A stretch of 64,000 nt of DNA, taken from positions 20,703 to 84,702 of the forward strand of contig JAGWYT010000002.1 in the NCBI GenBank assembly GCA_018969185.1, read 5' to 3'. The translations under genes and the position numbers were made by a program. This DNA comes from Rickettsiales bacterium. GTDB taxonomy: Bacteria; Pseudomonadota; Alphaproteobacteria; Rickettsiales; UBA1997. This document shows, in pieces, positions 28,570-36,842 of the stretch (positions within the stretch are counted from its first letter, which is position 1; each line of letters starts with the position of its first letter). The notes beneath the pieces are model-generated. The model searched no databases, was not told the DNA's origin, and was given only the letters and a program-made list of their open reading frames with translations.

Positions 28570-29468
28570 TATGAACAAAATTTCTAGAAACTCAAAAACC
28601 TCAACCGCTTTTTCCATTAATTGAATTATCGATAGTAATTTTAGTTGTAGGCATAATTATTGCTGGTGCTATTAGGGGATCTGATATTATTGTAAAATTT
28701 AGGATAAGAACAGCGCAAACTTTAACTCAGAGATCTCCTGTGGCTGGAATAAAAAATTTAGCGATGTGGCTCGAAACGTCGATGGATAATTCGGTGACAA
28801 TAGATTCATCCTCAACAGTGACACAGTGGAATGATATCAATCCACAATCAACTTATAAAGTGAATGCCTCTCAAACTTATAACACTCTTCCAACCTATGT
28901 TGAGAATGTGATTAATGGATTGCCAGTTGTTCAATTTGCGACGACTGCAAAAAGTATTAAGGTAGATCCTACGGGCAATAGCATGAATTTTCTGGCTAAT
29001 ACAAACTACACGATTTTTGTAGTTGAACAGCGCGTTGTCTCTGGTAATATTAATGGTAATAATGCTATGTTTTTGAGAGGATCTGGCTCTGGTGCTAGTA
29101 AAAATTTACAATATGGATATTGGCATGATGGTTTTATTGCAAATGATTGGTTATATGATTGGACAATTCCAGTTACGCTTTCTTCTGTGATAACTCCAAG
29201 AATTCATGTTTTAAAATTTGATACTGCAATTGGTAAATATTATTCAATGAGAAGTAATATTAGCGCTTTTTATTCTGTAACAAATAGTAGTTTTTTAGGA
29301 CATCCTCTTATTAGCTATAATGGTGCAGCTATTGGAGGAGATGTTGGTTCAATAGATATCTCAATTGCTGAAATGATAGTCTTTACTCGCGCCTTAAAAA
29401 GTGAGGAAATAAGCGCAATTGAATCTTATTTAGGCAAGAAATATGCTGTTAATGAGAGTCAGAACTAG
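28570..29468 (+). pseudogene. Frameshifted prepilin-like / LamG-like paralog
   Basis: The ATG near 28570 reads MNKISRNSKTSTAFSIN, then a TGA. The +1 frame continues LIELSIVILVVGIIIAG... straight into the tracked ORF 28740-29468. One extra nucleotide relative to the paralog N-termini (AFSLIELSIV) explains this. Hand-counted coordinates are good to about 1 nt. Confidence 0.65.
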
Positions 29469-29513
29469 ATAATGTCAATTCGGAATAAGAAATTAATATA
29501 AAGTTTCTATTTT

Positions 29514-30053
29514 ATGAAAAAATTTTTCTTTGCAGCGTTATGTTTTTTTATTTTGGCAGATAATGTTTTTGCGAATCAGCCAGATCAGGCATCTGTAAAT
29601 CAAGCTCTTGCTAATTTACTCTCTGCTGAAGGTAAAGTTACGAAAGCACAATATGATGAATTTTGGCAACAGGTTGGAGTCAAGAACAACAAGGATAAAG
29701 AGCAGGTTATTTTTTTTATGAAAGATAATTTCTTATTAATGCAGGATTATCAAAAAGAAACTTGGCAATGTGCAGAAGATTCTTGGAAAGCTGGCAAGGT
29801 TACGGAATGTTCTAATATGAAAAAGAAATTAGATTTGTTACAAGCTAGTTTCAAAAAAATTGGTCAAGAATCTGCCATAACACAAGTTAAAGAAGCTTCA
29901 GATTATATTGTAAAGGCAGCGGCTAAGCATGGTCAGCTTGAGCTCCCTGGAGCTCCGAAAACTCAGATGTCTTTGGAACTGATACAAAAAACCAAGGCTA
30001 ATTTAAATAAAATATTTGAAAAATTTAGTGCGATTTTGCGAGTTAATTATTAA
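29514..30053 (+). CDS. Secreted hypothetical protein
   Basis: Signal peptide MKKFFFAALCFFILADNVFA and no recognisable motif. Confidence 0.45.
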   Translation: MKKFFFAALCFFILADNVFANQPDQASVNQALANLLSAEGKVTKAQYDEFWQQVGVKNNKDKEQVIFFMKDNFLLMQDYQKETWQCAEDSWKAGKVTECSNMKKKLDLLQASFKKIGQESAITQVKEASDYIVKAAAKHGQLELPGAPKTQMSLELIQKTKANLNKIFEKFSAILRVNY

Positions 30054-30059
30054 ATAGTA

Positions 30060-30155
30060 GGTTATCTCGAGCGTAAGCGAGAGATCTCAGGAATTTGCAA
30101 GAGATCTTTTGCCAATAGTTTGTAAAACAAATTCGGAGGCGCGGGGGGATGACAC
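30060..30155. repeat. Palindromic element (family A)
   Basis: GGTTATCTCGAGCGTAAGCGAGAGATCTC ... GTTTGTAAAACAAATTC ... GGATGACAC. Confidence 0.65.
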
Positions 30156-30169
30156 GTAAGATAATTTAG

Positions 30170-30265
30170 GTTGGGAACCAGTCTTTTTCACATTACACAC
30201 ATTAAATTTTCTTAGTATGAATTTTAGGACGAGGTCATAGACCCCGCCCTTTAACGTCTGGCAAC
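30170..30265. repeat. Hairpin repeat element (family C)
   Basis: TAGTATGAATTTTAGGACGAGGTCATAGACCCCGCCCT parallels the block at 2975-3020. Confidence 0.55.
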
Positions 30266-30269
30266 GTAA

Positions 30270-30533
30270 CTATTGTAAGCGAATATCAGACATTTTATTG
30301 ATGTCAAAATATCGCCAATTTAAAGCTTTTCTTCTTTCATTGTTTGGGAAATCAACCATAACTATGCTTTGACCTAACTTATCTGTTGAGATAAGTATTA
30401 TATGGGCATTTCCGACTTGTTCTTTTTCGGCTTCTTTGCCATATAGGCTGAAATTATCATATTGGAAAGAAATTAAATTTCGGTTTGCCATTGCTTTGGT
30501 TAGGGTTTCTCCTGCTAAATTTTCTATGTTCAT
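30270..30533 (-). CDS. Hypothetical protein (87 aa), divergent from the lexA-like gene
   Basis: ORF evidence only. It shares the operator-containing intergenic region. Confidence 0.35.
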   Translation of the reverse strand: MNIENLAGETLTKAMANRNLISFQYDNFSLYGKEAEKEQVGNAHIILISTDKLGQSIVMVDFPNNERRKALNWRYFDINKMSDIRLQ

Positions 30534-30583
30534 AAATTAAATTTGACTTTAAGTTTTAACTAAATGTAATAGATCTATAGATA

Positions 30584-30606
30584 TTGTTCTAATTAAACTA
30601 GAACAA
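30584..30606. promoter_or_regulatory. Perfect palindromic operator candidate TTGTTCTA-N7-TAGAACAA
   Basis: 8-bp perfect inverted repeat with a 7-bp AT-rich spacer, 30 bp upstream of the lexA-like start codon. Confidence 0.55.
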
Positions 30607-30636
30607 AAAATTTATAATACAACAACTTTTTTTAAT

Positions 30637-31251
30637 ATGTCTCAAACCTCTCTACATAAGGCTCAAGAAAAATTATTAGAAATTTTATCAAAAAATTGTG
30701 ATGAACCTTTAACAGTTAGGGAATTACAAGAATTAATTGGAGCTTCTTCAACAAGTGTGGTGGCGCACCATATGGCACAGCTTGAGAAGAAAGGTTATTT
30801 GAAAAAAAATCCTTATAATTCTAAAGATTATCAAGTTTTAAAATGCCCTGATAAGGAAATTGCCTATTTAAATTTATATGGTCTTGCAACCTGTGGTCCA
30901 AATGCTTCACTGCTTGATGGAAACCCAATTGATCGTGTGCCAGTTTCAACAAAATTTTTAAGTTTTTCTTCCGAAAATGCTTTTATGGTTAAAGCGAAAG
31001 GTGATTCAATGTTGCCAAAAATTAGTAATGGTGATTTTGTAATTATTGAAAAAACCAATAAGGTAGATAACGGCGCCATGGTTTTATGCGTTAGTGATGA
31101 GAAGGTGATGATTAAGAAAATAAAACAAAATAGTAAAAAAGATCCGGTAATTTTAGTTTCACTAAATAATGAATTTGAGCCTTTCTTAGCAGCTAATGAT
31201 TTTAGAGTTGAGGGTGTGGTAAGGGGTGTTATAAGTAATAGGATGTTCTAG
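30637..31251 (+). CDS. LexA-like repressor (winged HTH plus S24 self-cleaving peptidase domain)
   Basis: The N-terminal wHTH reads LTVRELQELIGASSTSVVAHHMAQLEKKGYL. The linker has a Cys-Gly where LexA has Ala-Gly (LATCGPNA). Catalytic Ser is in KGDSMLP and Lys in VMIKKI, followed by a C-terminal VEGVVRGVI. Confidence 0.8.
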   Translation: MSQTSLHKAQEKLLEILSKNCDEPLTVRELQELIGASSTSVVAHHMAQLEKKGYLKKNPYNSKDYQVLKCPDKEIAYLNLYGLATCGPNASLLDGNPIDRVPVSTKFLSFSSENAFMVKAKGDSMLPKISNGDFVIIEKTNKVDNGAMVLCVSDEKVMIKKIKQNSKKDPVILVSLNNEFEPFLAANDFRVEGVVRGVISNRMF

Positions 31252-31319
31252 AAATCAACTCAGAATCAGATGCTAAATAGGTTCTAAATTTTGTTACATA
31301 ATTTCACCACAAAAAAACC

Positions 31320-31703
31320 ATGGAAAAAGATTTTTACGAATGGAGTAATTTAAAAACCAAACTAAATGTTAGAAAAAATATTCCAACTTTTAAACAGGGT
31401 GAGATCTGGTGGTGCAGCATTGGTGTCAACATAGGTTGTGAAGAAGATGGTAAAAATGAGATGTTTAACAGACCAGTTCTAATAATAAGAAAATTCAATA
31501 ATAATATGTTTCTAGGTGTTCCTTTGAGCACAAAAATAAAAGATAATAAATATTATTTTCAAATCTATTTCTCTAAGAGGGTTAGCAGTGTTTTATTATC
31601 ACAAATAAGAGTTTTTGAAAGCAAAAGATTAACGCACAAAGTTGCAACTTTAGCAGGAGAACAACTTGAAAATGTAAGAGAAAAAATAAGAGAGATGATT
31701 TAG
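31320..31703 (+). CDS. PemK/MazF-family toxin-like protein
   Basis: 127 aa with the GEIWWCSIGVNIGCEEDGKNEMFNRPVLII pattern (GxIWW...G.E..G..RPVLII) characteristic of the MazF/PemK SH3-like fold. Confidence 0.65.
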   Translation: MEKDFYEWSNLKTKLNVRKNIPTFKQGEIWWCSIGVNIGCEEDGKNEMFNRPVLIIRKFNNNMFLGVPLSTKIKDNKYYFQIYFSKRVSSVLLSQIRVFESKRLTHKVATLAGEQLENVREKIREMI

Positions 31704-31728
31704 TCGCTCCTCTTATGTAAGAGGAGCG
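31703..31728. terminator. Strong hairpin between the convergent mazF-like and guaB genes
   Basis: TCGCTCCTCTTA-TG-TAAGAGGAGCGA forms a 12-bp stem. There is no T run on either side. Confidence 0.4.
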
Positions 31729-31788
31729 AATGTGGCTATTGCCAATTTGTGATAAGGATTATTCAAATTTTTCTGGTAATGTCAAGAA

Positions 31789-33279
31789 CTAACTTTCCGT
31801 AGTATAATTAGGCGCCTCAGAAGTAATTGAAATTGAGTGTGGATGGCTTTCTTTCAAACCAGAATTAGTGATTTTTACGAAAGTGCAGTTCTTCCTCATT
31901 TTTTCAATTGTGCCGTTGCCAGTGTATCCCATAGATGATTTTAAACCACCAACTAATTGATGAACAACGTCAGAAACAGAGCCTTTGTAAGGCACTCTGC
32001 CTTCAACACCTTCTGGAACTAATTTTAATTTATCAGAAACATCTTGTTGGAAATAACGATCTGCCGAGCCTCGAGCCATTGCGCCAAGCGATCCCATGCC
32101 ACGATAAACTTTGTAAGAACGTCCTTTAAATAAAACAATTTCGCCTGGAGTTTCTTCAGTTCCAGCTAATAAGCCACCAAGCATAACGCATGATGCACCA
32201 GCAGCAATTGCTTTTGCTAAGTCGCCAGAGAATCTAATACCGCCATCAGAAATTACTGGAATTTTTACTTTATCACAAAATTCAACAACATCCATAACAG
32301 CTGATAATTGTGGCACGCCAACTCCTGCAACAACTCTTGTTGTGCAAATTGAACCCGGACCAATTCCAACTTTAACTGCATCAGCACCAGCGTCAATTAA
32401 GGCCTTAGCGGCTTCAGCGGTTGCAATATTTCCAGCGATAAAATCTTGTTTCGGATAATGTTTCTTCAAGTAAGCAACTGTTTCAAGAACGCCAGCTGAA
32501 TGACCATGCGCAGTGTCAATTGTAATAACGTCAGCACCAGCTTCAATTAAGCTTTCAGCTCTTTTAATACCATCTTTTCCAACTCCAGTTGCGGCAGCAA
32601 CTAAAAGGCGTCCATCCTTGTCTTTAACGGCATTTGGAAACTGTTTATTTTTTTCTAAATCCTTGCCAGTAATAAGACCAACGCAATTACCATCATTATC
32701 AGTAATGATGATTCTTTCGATTTTATTTTTATGCAATAATGAGCGTGCCTCAACCTTACTCACGCTTGCTTTCGCAGTAACCAAATTATTTTTGGTCATT
32801 AAGTCTTTAATTGGTTGTTTTTTGTCAGTTGCAAAACGCACATCGCGGTTTGTCAAAATACCAACTAATTTTTTGCTTCCATCTTTCACAACTGGAATGC
32901 CTGAAATTCCATATTCTTTCATAATGAATAAAGCGTCACCAAGAGTTTGATTAGGGTTGATTGTAAGAGGATTTATTACAATTCCTGATTCAAATTTTTT
33001 AACTTTCCTAATTTCGTCAGATTGATCTTTGACTGAAAGATTTTTGTGAATACAACCCATGCCACCACATTGTGCCAAAGCAATAGCTAAGCGGCTTTCT
33101 GTGACGGTGTCCATTGCTGAAGAAATAATCGGAATATTTAATTCGATATTTTTTGTTAATTTTGTTTTTGTTTCAGCGTCAGAAGGTAAAATTTCCGAAT
33201 AAGCGGGCTTTAATAAAACATCGTCAAAAGTCAATGAATAAGCAGTCTCTTCGATAATTTTTTTGCGAGATTTTGTCAT
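31789..33279 (-). CDS. guaB: IMP dehydrogenase
   Basis: Tandem CBS pair, active-site GIGPGSICTTR and GGIRFSGD, 496 aa. Confidence 0.96.
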   Translation of the reverse strand: MTKSRKKIIEETAYSLTFDDVLLKPAYSEILPSDAETKTKLTKNIELNIPIISSAMDTVTESRLAIALAQCGGMGCIHKNLSVKDQSDEIRKVKKFESGIVINPLTINPNQTLGDALFIMKEYGISGIPVVKDGSKKLVGILTNRDVRFATDKKQPIKDLMTKNNLVTAKASVSKVEARSLLHKNKIERIIITDNDGNCVGLITGKDLEKNKQFPNAVKDKDGRLLVAAATGVGKDGIKRAESLIEAGADVITIDTAHGHSAGVLETVAYLKKHYPKQDFIAGNIATAEAAKALIDAGADAVKVGIGPGSICTTRVVAGVGVPQLSAVMDVVEFCDKVKIPVISDGGIRFSGDLAKAIAAGASCVMLGGLLAGTEETPGEIVLFKGRSYKVYRGMGSLGAMARGSADRYFQQDVSDKLKLVPEGVEGRVPYKGSVSDVVHQLVGGLKSSMGYTGNGTIEKMRKNCTFVKITNSGLKESHPHSISITSEAPNYTTES

Positions 33280-33379
33280 TTTCTGTATTTAAGCAAAATA
33301 TGGTTGAGAAGAATAACTTGAGAGGATATCTTTAGCTTTTGAAAAATAAAGTCCAATTATTAACAACCTCATTAAATCT

Positions 33380-33808
33380 ATGCCTTCTATGCTTTCCCAA
33401 ATTGAGAAGCTTTGCGAAGAAAAGAAAATTAAACTTACCGAGAATCGTCGTGTTGTGGCACGGGTTATTTCATCAAGTCATGATCATCCTGACGTTGAAG
33501 AGGTTTACGCGCGCGCTTTGAAAATCAACCCTAAAATTGGTATTGCAACTGTATATCGCGCAGTAAAAATGTTTGATGAAATGGGAGTTATAGCTAAGCA
33601 TGACTTTGGTGGTAAGGGTAGAGCGCGTTACGAAAGAGTGGAAGAAGAAGACCATCATGATCATTTAGTTGATATTACCACTGATGAAGTTCATGAATTT
33701 TTTAGTGAAGAGCTTGAAAAATTAAAACAGAAAATTGCTAAGAGCAAAGGTTTTGAGCTGGTTGGGCATCGTTTAGAATTATATTGTCGTCCCATAAAGA
33801 AAAAATAA
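33380..33808 (+). CDS. Fur-family metalloregulator (lacks the CxxC structural zinc site)
   Basis: IATVYRAVKMFDEMGV recognition helix and HHDHL metal-binding block. Confidence 0.8.
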   Translation: MPSMLSQIEKLCEEKKIKLTENRRVVARVISSSHDHPDVEEVYARALKINPKIGIATVYRAVKMFDEMGVIAKHDFGGKGRARYERVEEEDHHDHLVDITTDEVHEFFSEELEKLKQKIAKSKGFELVGHRLELYCRPIKKK

Positions 33809-33809
33809 A

Positions 33810-34643
33810 ATGACTGCTTTGCTAAAGGGTATATTTCAATCACAAATTAAGTTTGAAGGAGTTGATAATTCAGAAAAATTTCTCAAATTATTTTGTGATC
33901 TCTACAGAATTGAGCTTTTCAAAGATGGTCTTGATTTGATTTTAACTAAAGTAAAAGAAAAAGATCTAAACTTTGAAGTTAAGATTATCAAGGGTTGGGA
34001 CACTAATGTTGGTTGTTATTTAACAGAACAAAGTAAAGTTTTTAATAAAGTTTTTGGCAATTTTTCAAATTCAATTAAGAAAAAAATTATTTTACGTCGT
34101 TTAAGTCATAATCTTATGGCGCATGAAATGGCGCATGCTTTGGAGTTTGAAAGTGGCGTTAATTTAGGAGAAGAATTTCGTAAATGCATTGGTCTGGATA
34201 TGAAAGACCGCGATCCGCAGAGCATTGTTTTAAAAGGTGAAATTAAAAGATTAATGGTTGAGGCTCTAAGAGCCTATCCACAGCATCAATTTATTTCTGA
34301 GCTTTTTGCACGTTATTTTGAACTCTTAAGTATTTCGCGGGATGTGCGTGCTAATGGCGATTTCACAACAGCAGAAGTTATGGATTTTTTTGCTAATACA
34401 ACAAATTTTATTAAGCAAAAATTTAATCCTTTAATAAAAGCAAAAATTGATTCTAAAATTGCGAATCATACAATTGAAATTGTGAATCAAGTTCGTATTA
34501 CTGAAAATAAACAGCAATTTCAGGAGAAGGTTGAATCATTTCATAAAAAAACCACAAGTCAGGGTGTAAAATCTTGGTCAAGTAATATCAAATCAAATGC
34601 CTCTTGGATAAAAGGCATAGAATTAGAAGATAAAAAAAATTAA
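33810..34643 (+). CDS. Hypothetical protein with an HExxH zinc-metallopeptidase motif
   Basis: The only recognisable feature is AHEMAHALE. Confidence 0.4.
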   Translation: MTALLKGIFQSQIKFEGVDNSEKFLKLFCDLYRIELFKDGLDLILTKVKEKDLNFEVKIIKGWDTNVGCYLTEQSKVFNKVFGNFSNSIKKKIILRRLSHNLMAHEMAHALEFESGVNLGEEFRKCIGLDMKDRDPQSIVLKGEIKRLMVEALRAYPQHQFISELFARYFELLSISRDVRANGDFTTAEVMDFFANTTNFIKQKFNPLIKAKIDSKIANHTIEIVNQVRITENKQQFQEKVESFHKKTTSQGVKSWSSNIKSNASWIKGIELEDKKN

Positions 34644-35614
34644 TGGCAGTTTATACAAGATTAACAGCGGCAGAAATAAATCAGCACTTAATTGATAATT
34701 ATCAAATTGGTGAGCTTGTTTCTTTTAAGGAAATAGTGGAAGGAATTGATAATTCAAATTTTATTATCGACACTAAAAAGGGCCGTTACATTTTAACGAT
34801 TTTTGAAAAAAGAATTAACAAAGAAGAATTGCCATTTTTTATAAATTTCAAATTGCATTTAGCAAATAATGGAATTTGTTGTCCTTGCCCAATCCTTGAT
34901 AATAAAGGCGGTACAATTGTTGATCTTAAGGGTAGAAAATCAGTAATAGTTAGTTTTTTAAATGGCGCGGTTCTAAAACCTGAAGAAAATGGCTATTATA
35001 AAAATATTACTTCTAAACATTCTTTTGAAGTGGGTAAAGTTTTAGCAAAGTTACATGAGGCTGCAAAGGGCTTTAACATGAAGCGTGAGAATGAACTTGG
35101 AGTTAATGGTTTTAGAAATTTATTTAAAAAATTTGAGCATTTAATTGATGATTATCAGAAAGATTTAGGTGATGAAATTTCGCAAATTATAGATTTTTTG
35201 GAAGTGAATTATAGGCAGGATCTACCAAGTGCCGCAATACATGCTGACCTTTTTCCCGATAATGTATTTTTTGATGAAAAACAAAATGTTAGTGGTGTGA
35301 TAGATTTTTATTTTGCGGCGAATGACTTACTGATTTATGACTTCGCAATTATCGTAAATGCTTGGTGTTTTGATGAAAATAATAATTTTATTGAAGAAAG
35401 ATTTTCACAAATGATGAAGGGTTATAATGAAGTAAGAAAATTTTCATCTTCTGAGTTAAATTTTCTACAAATATCCTTTATTGCTGCAGCGATGAGATTT
35501 CTTCTTACAAGGCTTCACGATATGTTTTTTACTCCGAAAGATTCTTTAGTTAAAGTAAAAAATCCGCAGGAATATTTAATAAAGTTACGTTATTTTAGAG
35601 CACAATGTCAGTAA
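34643..35614 (+). CDS. thrB: Homoserine kinase, alternative (protein-kinase-fold) type
   Basis: MAVYTRLTAAEINQHL...GIDNSNFIIDT..GRYILTIFE and IHADLFPDNVFF, typical of alphaproteobacterial ThrB. Confidence 0.8.
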   Translation: MAVYTRLTAAEINQHLIDNYQIGELVSFKEIVEGIDNSNFIIDTKKGRYILTIFEKRINKEELPFFINFKLHLANNGICCPCPILDNKGGTIVDLKGRKSVIVSFLNGAVLKPEENGYYKNITSKHSFEVGKVLAKLHEAAKGFNMKRENELGVNGFRNLFKKFEHLIDDYQKDLGDEISQIIDFLEVNYRQDLPSAAIHADLFPDNVFFDEKQNVSGVIDFYFAANDLLIYDFAIIVNAWCFDENNNFIEERFSQMMKGYNEVRKFSSSELNFLQISFIAAAMRFLLTRLHDMFFTPKDSLVKVKNPQEYLIKLRYFRAQCQ

Positions 35615-36297
35615 AATATCATTTCTTCGGCAAAGATTGTATAATTGATCGTAGTTTATTAAATAGAACAGATATATTGCAAAGCCTTACAAATAAAGGC
35701 TTTAAATATGATGAATTATTATTTGTAAATCAAATTCACAGTTCAGAAGTTATTGTAATTGATGATCGAAAAAAAATTTTTCCTGCAGAAAATTTACCAA
35801 AAGCTGATGCGCTTGTAACCAATTTGAAGAATATTGCTATTGCTGTTTTTACGGCAGATTGCTCACCAATTTGTTTATTTGATGAAAAAAATTCTGTGAT
35901 TGCAATTGCTCACGGAGGTTGGCGCGGAGCTAGATCAGGCGTGATTAAAAACACAATTTTAGAAATGAAAAAACTGGGCGCAAAAAATATTAAAGCGGTA
36001 ATTGGACCAATGATTCAGCAAGAGTCTTACCATATTACTGAAGAATTTTTTGATGAATTTTTACGTGAAAATAAAGATAATGCAAAGTTCTTTAAGGAAA
36101 CGCAGGAGAAGGGTTGTTACCTCTTTGATTTGCCAGCTTACGTTATAGAAAAATTAAAAGCAGAACAGATTTCTGATATTGAAAATACAGGGATTGATAC
36201 TTGTGAAAATGAAAATGATTTTTTTAGCTATCGTAGAAGTTCAAAGCGCGGCGAGAAAGATTGCGGTAGGAATATTTCGGTGATTTGTATTAATTAA
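35605..36297 (+). CDS. pgeF: YfiH/PgeF-family (DUF152, laccase-domain) protein
   Basis: QIHSSEV, ADALVT, TADCSPI and HGGWRGA motifs. Confidence 0.85.
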   Translation: MSVKYHFFGKDCIIDRSLLNRTDILQSLTNKGFKYDELLFVNQIHSSEVIVIDDRKKIFPAENLPKADALVTNLKNIAIAVFTADCSPICLFDEKNSVIAIAHGGWRGARSGVIKNTILEMKKLGAKNIKAVIGPMIQQESYHITEEFFDEFLRENKDNAKFFKETQEKGCYLFDLPAYVIEKLKAEQISDIENTGIDTCENENDFFSYRRSSKRGEKDCGRNISVICIN

Positions 36298-36336
36298 TCG
36301 AAGTTTGAGAAAGATTCAATTCTAGTAATTTTTGAG

Positions 36337-36355
36337 AGTGGTGCCTGAAGCTGGA
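36337..36355. other. Duplicate of the tRNA-Phe 3' end
   Basis: AGTGGTGCCTGAAGCTGGA matches 36526-36544 AGTGGTGCCTGAAGCCGGA in 18 of 19 positions. The two copies bracket the repeat array. Confidence 0.8.
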
Positions 36356-36494
36356 CCTGTCGTTGCGTAGCACGACAAATAAACCTGTCGTTGCGTAGCA
36401 CGACAAATAAACCTGTCGTTGCGTAGCACGACAAATAAACCTGTCGTTGCGTAGCACGACAAATAAAGACTTGTTGCGTAGCACGACAAATAAA
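36356..36494. repeat. Tandem array of the 28-bp hairpin repeat (4 perfect copies, 1 variant, then a degenerate tail to about 36525)
   Basis: CCTGTCGTTGCGTAGCACGACAAATAAA is repeated four times, at 36356, 36384, 36412 and 36440. It is followed by GACTTGTTGCGTAGCACGACAAATAAA. Confidence 0.95.
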
Positions 36495-36527
36495 GACTTG
36501 TTGTATTAGGATTGACTTGGAATAAAG

Positions 36528-36603
36528 TGGTGCCTGAAGCCGGAATTGAACCAGCGACACAAGGATTTTCAGTCCTTTGCTCTACCAACTGAGCTATTCA
36601 GGC
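36528..36603 (-). tRNA. tRNA-Phe (GAA)
   Basis: Reverse complement is GCCTGAATAGCTCAGTTGGTAGAGCAAAGGACTGAAAATCCTTGTGTCGCTGGTTCAATTCCGGCTTCAGGCACCA. It folds as a cloverleaf with anticodon loop CTGAAAA and an encoded CCA. Confidence 0.92.
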
Positions 36604-36698
36604 ATATGGGAAGAGGAAGCATCGTAAGAAAAAGCTTTTATTTTGCAAGGCTATTCTTGTACTAATTTTGGGGATTTAAATTAACAAATATTCAAAAA

Positions 36699-36842
36699 AT
36701 GGAAAATTTAGCTGATTATTCAAATTATGTTCTGGCTGCATACCTAGTTGTTTCAACACTTTTTGGAGCATTATTCCTTATTACTTTATTCAAATATTTT
36801 AATTCAAAATCGAGATTAAAAAAACAGTTAAATGAGAAATAA
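36699..36842 (+). CDS. ccmD: Heme exporter protein CcmD (47 aa, below the ORF-track length cutoff)
   Basis: MENLADYSNYVLAAYLVVSTLFGALFLITLFKYFNSKSRLKKQLNEK has a single TM helix. It overlaps the ccmE start by 11 nt, the usual ccmD-ccmE arrangement. Confidence 0.7.
   Translation: MENLADYSNYVLAAYLVVSTLFGALFLITLFKYFNSKSRLKKQLNEK

Noticed and set aside
32513-32950. 145-aa plus-strand ORF inside guaB
   Set aside because: It is antisense to the highly conserved IMP dehydrogenase frame, so it is a shadow ORF.
33339-33521. 60-aa ORF upstream of and overlapping the fur-like gene
   Set aside because: It overlaps the better-supported Fur-family frame (33380-33808) in a different frame and has no motif support.
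36356-36525. Possible CRISPR array, given regularly spaced 28-bp palindromic repeats
   Set aside because: The units are directly abutting tandem repeats with no unique spacers between them. No cas genes or leader are nearby. The same unit forms a short array at 23163-23241.
36290-36588. Three overlapping minus-strand ORFs of 64-88 aa in the track
   Set aside because: Their translations are periodic read-outs of the 28-bp tandem repeat and run into tRNA-Phe, so they are artefacts of the repeat structure.
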